A stretch of DNA of 64,000 bases, taken from Eledone cirrhosa. Lineage: Eukaryota. Shown here in pieces: positions 61,601 to 64,000 of the stretch. The stretch spans positions 433,318,001-433,382,000 of the forward strand of contig OZ024740.1 of assembly GCA_964016885.1 (NCBI GenBank), written 5' to 3'. A model generated the notes under the pieces. That model made no database searches. It worked only from the letters and a program-made list of their open reading frames with translations, and was not told where the DNA came from. The first letter of the stretch is position 1. Each line of letters starts with the position of its first letter. The position numbers were made by a program, and so were the translations under genes.

Positions 61601-64000
61601 ACACTGTGATCCCAATACCTAGTTACTGTTTAGTCACAGTATTATATAGTAACATGGACCAGACTGTGATCCCAATACCTAGTTACTGTCTAGTCACAGT
61701 GTTATATAGTAACAGGGACCAGACTGTGATCCCAATACCTAGTTACTGTTGAGTCACAGTATTATATAGTAACAGGGACCAGACTGTGATCCCAATAGCC
61801 AGTTACTGTTTAGTCACAGTATTATATAGTAACAGGGACCAGACTGTGATCCCAATACCTAGTTACTGTTTAGTCACAGTATTATATAGTAACAGGGACC
61901 AGACTGTGATCCCAATACCTAGCTACTGTTTAGTCACAGTATTATATAGTAACAGGGACCACACTGTGATCCCAATATCTAGTTACTGTTTAGTCACAGT
62001 ATTATATAGTAACAGGGACCAGACTGTGATCCCAATACCTAGTTACTGTTTAGTCACAGTATTATATAGTAACAGGGACCAGACTGTGATCCCAATACCT
62101 AGTTACTGTTTAGTCACAGTGTTATATAGTAACAGGGACCACACTGTGATCCCAATAGCTAGTTACTATTTAGTCACAGGGACCAGACTGTGATCCCAAT
62201 ACCTAGTTACTGTTTAGTAACAGTATTATATAGTAACAGGGACCACACTGTGATCCCAATACCTAGTTACTGTTTAGTCACAGTATTATATAGTAACAGG
62301 GACCACACTGTGATCCCAATAGCTAGTTACTGTTTAGTCACAGGGACCAGACTGTGATCCCAATACCTAGTTACTGTTTAGTCACAGTATTATATAGTAA
62401 CAGGGACCAGACTGTGATCCCAATACCTAGTTACTGTTTAGTCACAGTATTATATAGTAACAGGGACCAGACTGTGATCCCAATACCTAGTTACTGTTTA
62501 GTCACAGTATTATATAGTAACAGGAACCAGACTGTGATCCCAATAGCTAGTTACTGTTTAGTCACAGTATTATATAGTAACAGGGACCAGACTGTGATCC
62601 CAATAGCTAGTTACTGTTTAGTCACAGTATTATATAGTAACAGGGACCACACTGTGATCCCAATAGCTAGTTACTGTTTAGTAACAGGGACCAGACTGTG
62701 ATCCCAATACCTAGTTACTGTTTAGGCACAGTATTATATGGTAACAGGGACCACACTGTGATCCCAATAGCTAGTTACTGTTTAGTCACAGGGACCAGAC
62801 AGTGATCCCAATACCTAGTTACTGTTTAATCACAGTATTATATAGTAACAGGGACCAGACTGTGATCCCAATAGCTAGTTACTGTTTAGTCACAGTATTA
62901 TATAGTAACAGGGACCAGACTGTGATCCCAATACCCAGTTACTGTTTAGTCACAGTATTATATAGTAACAGGGACCAGAGTGTGATCCCAATAGCTAGTT
63001 ACTGTTTAGTCACAGTATTATATAGTAACAGGGACCACACTGTGATCCCAATAGCTAGTTACTGTTTAGTCACAGGGACCAGACTGTGATCCCAATACCT
63101 AGTTACTGTTTAGTCACAGTATTATATAGTAACAGGGACCAGAATGTAATCCCAATACCGAGTTACTGTTTAGTCACAGTATTCTATAGTAATAGGGACC
63201 AGACTGTGATCCCAATACCTAGTTACTGTTTAGTCACAGTATTATATAGTAACAGGGACCAGACTGGGATCCCAATACCTAGTTACTGTTTAGTCACAGT
63301 ATTATATAGTAACAGGGACCAGACTGTCATCCCAATACCTAGTTACTGTTTAGTCACAATATTATATAGTAACAGGGACCAGACTGTGATCCCAATACCT
63401 AGTTACTGTTTAGTCACAGTATTCTATAGTAATAGGGACCAGACTGTGATCCCAATACCTAGTTACTGTTTAGTCACAGTATTATATAGTAACAGGGACC
63501 AGACTGGGATCCCAATACCTAGTTACTGTTTAGTCACAGTATTCTATAGTAATAGGGACCAGACTGTGATCCCAATACCTAGTTACTGTTTAGTCACAGT
63601 ATTATATAGTAACAGGGACCAGACTGTGATCCCAATAGCTAGTTACTGTTTAGTCACAGTATTATATAGTAATAGGGACCAGACTGTGATCCCAATACCT
63701 AGTTACTGTTTAGTCACAGTATTATATAGTAACAGGGACCAGACTGTGATCACAATACCTAGTTACTGTTTAGTCACAGTATTATATAGTAACAGGGACC
63801 AGACTGTGATCCCAATACCCAGTTACTGTTTAGTCACAGTATTATATAGTAACAGGGACCAGACTGTGATCCCAATAACTAGATACTGTTTAGTCACAGT
63901 ATTATAGAGTAACAGGGACCACACTGTGATCCCAATAGCTAGTTACTGTTTAGTCACAGGGACCAGACTGTGATCCCAATACCTAGTTACTGTTTAGTCA
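34681..64000. repeat. 60-bp satellite, >29 kb (~490 monomers), with 44-bp deletion monomers and higher-order duplications; runs off the window
   Basis: Unit TATAGTAACAGGGACCAGACTGTGATCCCAATACCTAGTTACTGTTTAGTCACAGTATTA. Confidence 0.99.

Noticed and set aside
34702-63907. Many long ORFs encoding (IPIPSYCLVTVLYSNRDQTV)n
   Set aside because: A 60-bp unit with one stop-free frame gives these automatically. Stops (e.g. 36218, 46691, 54531, 61750) and frameshifting 44/59-bp monomers occur freely, and starts are GTG.

Overview
AT-rich, repeat-saturated eukaryotic (animal) DNA with no host gene I can support. The SINE, MITE and microsatellite families look like those of octopus/cephalopods; this is recognition from memory, not a database result. 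The centrepiece is a nested pair of near-intact non-LTR retrotransposons. An RTE-clade LINE (21053-29527) encodes APE endonuclease + RT with a PHD finger inside the RT region. It is split in-frame by a 5.2-kb CR1-clade LINE (22143-27338) with a PHD-type ORF1, an ATG-less ORF2 behind a G_GGA_AAC slippery site, and one frame break at an ATGA overlap. Around them lie fragments of RTE, Tx1/L1 and Penelope-like elements (with hammerhead ribozyme motifs), tRNA-derived SINEs, piggyBac-type MITEs and a likely Helitron. Seven tandem arrays are present: 48 bp (two), 61 bp, 17 bp, 45 bp, a 20-bp unit with variable (ACT)n spacers, and a >29-kb 60-bp satellite with higher-order duplications. Five of the seven are visibly amplified from sequence of the transposon they sit in. 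The same 48-bp unit occupies the right ends of two separate, diverged MITE copies. Two 5'-truncated retrotransposon junctions carry inverted copies of their flanking DNA, consistent with snap-back synthesis. All long repetitive ORFs in the track are satellite artefacts.
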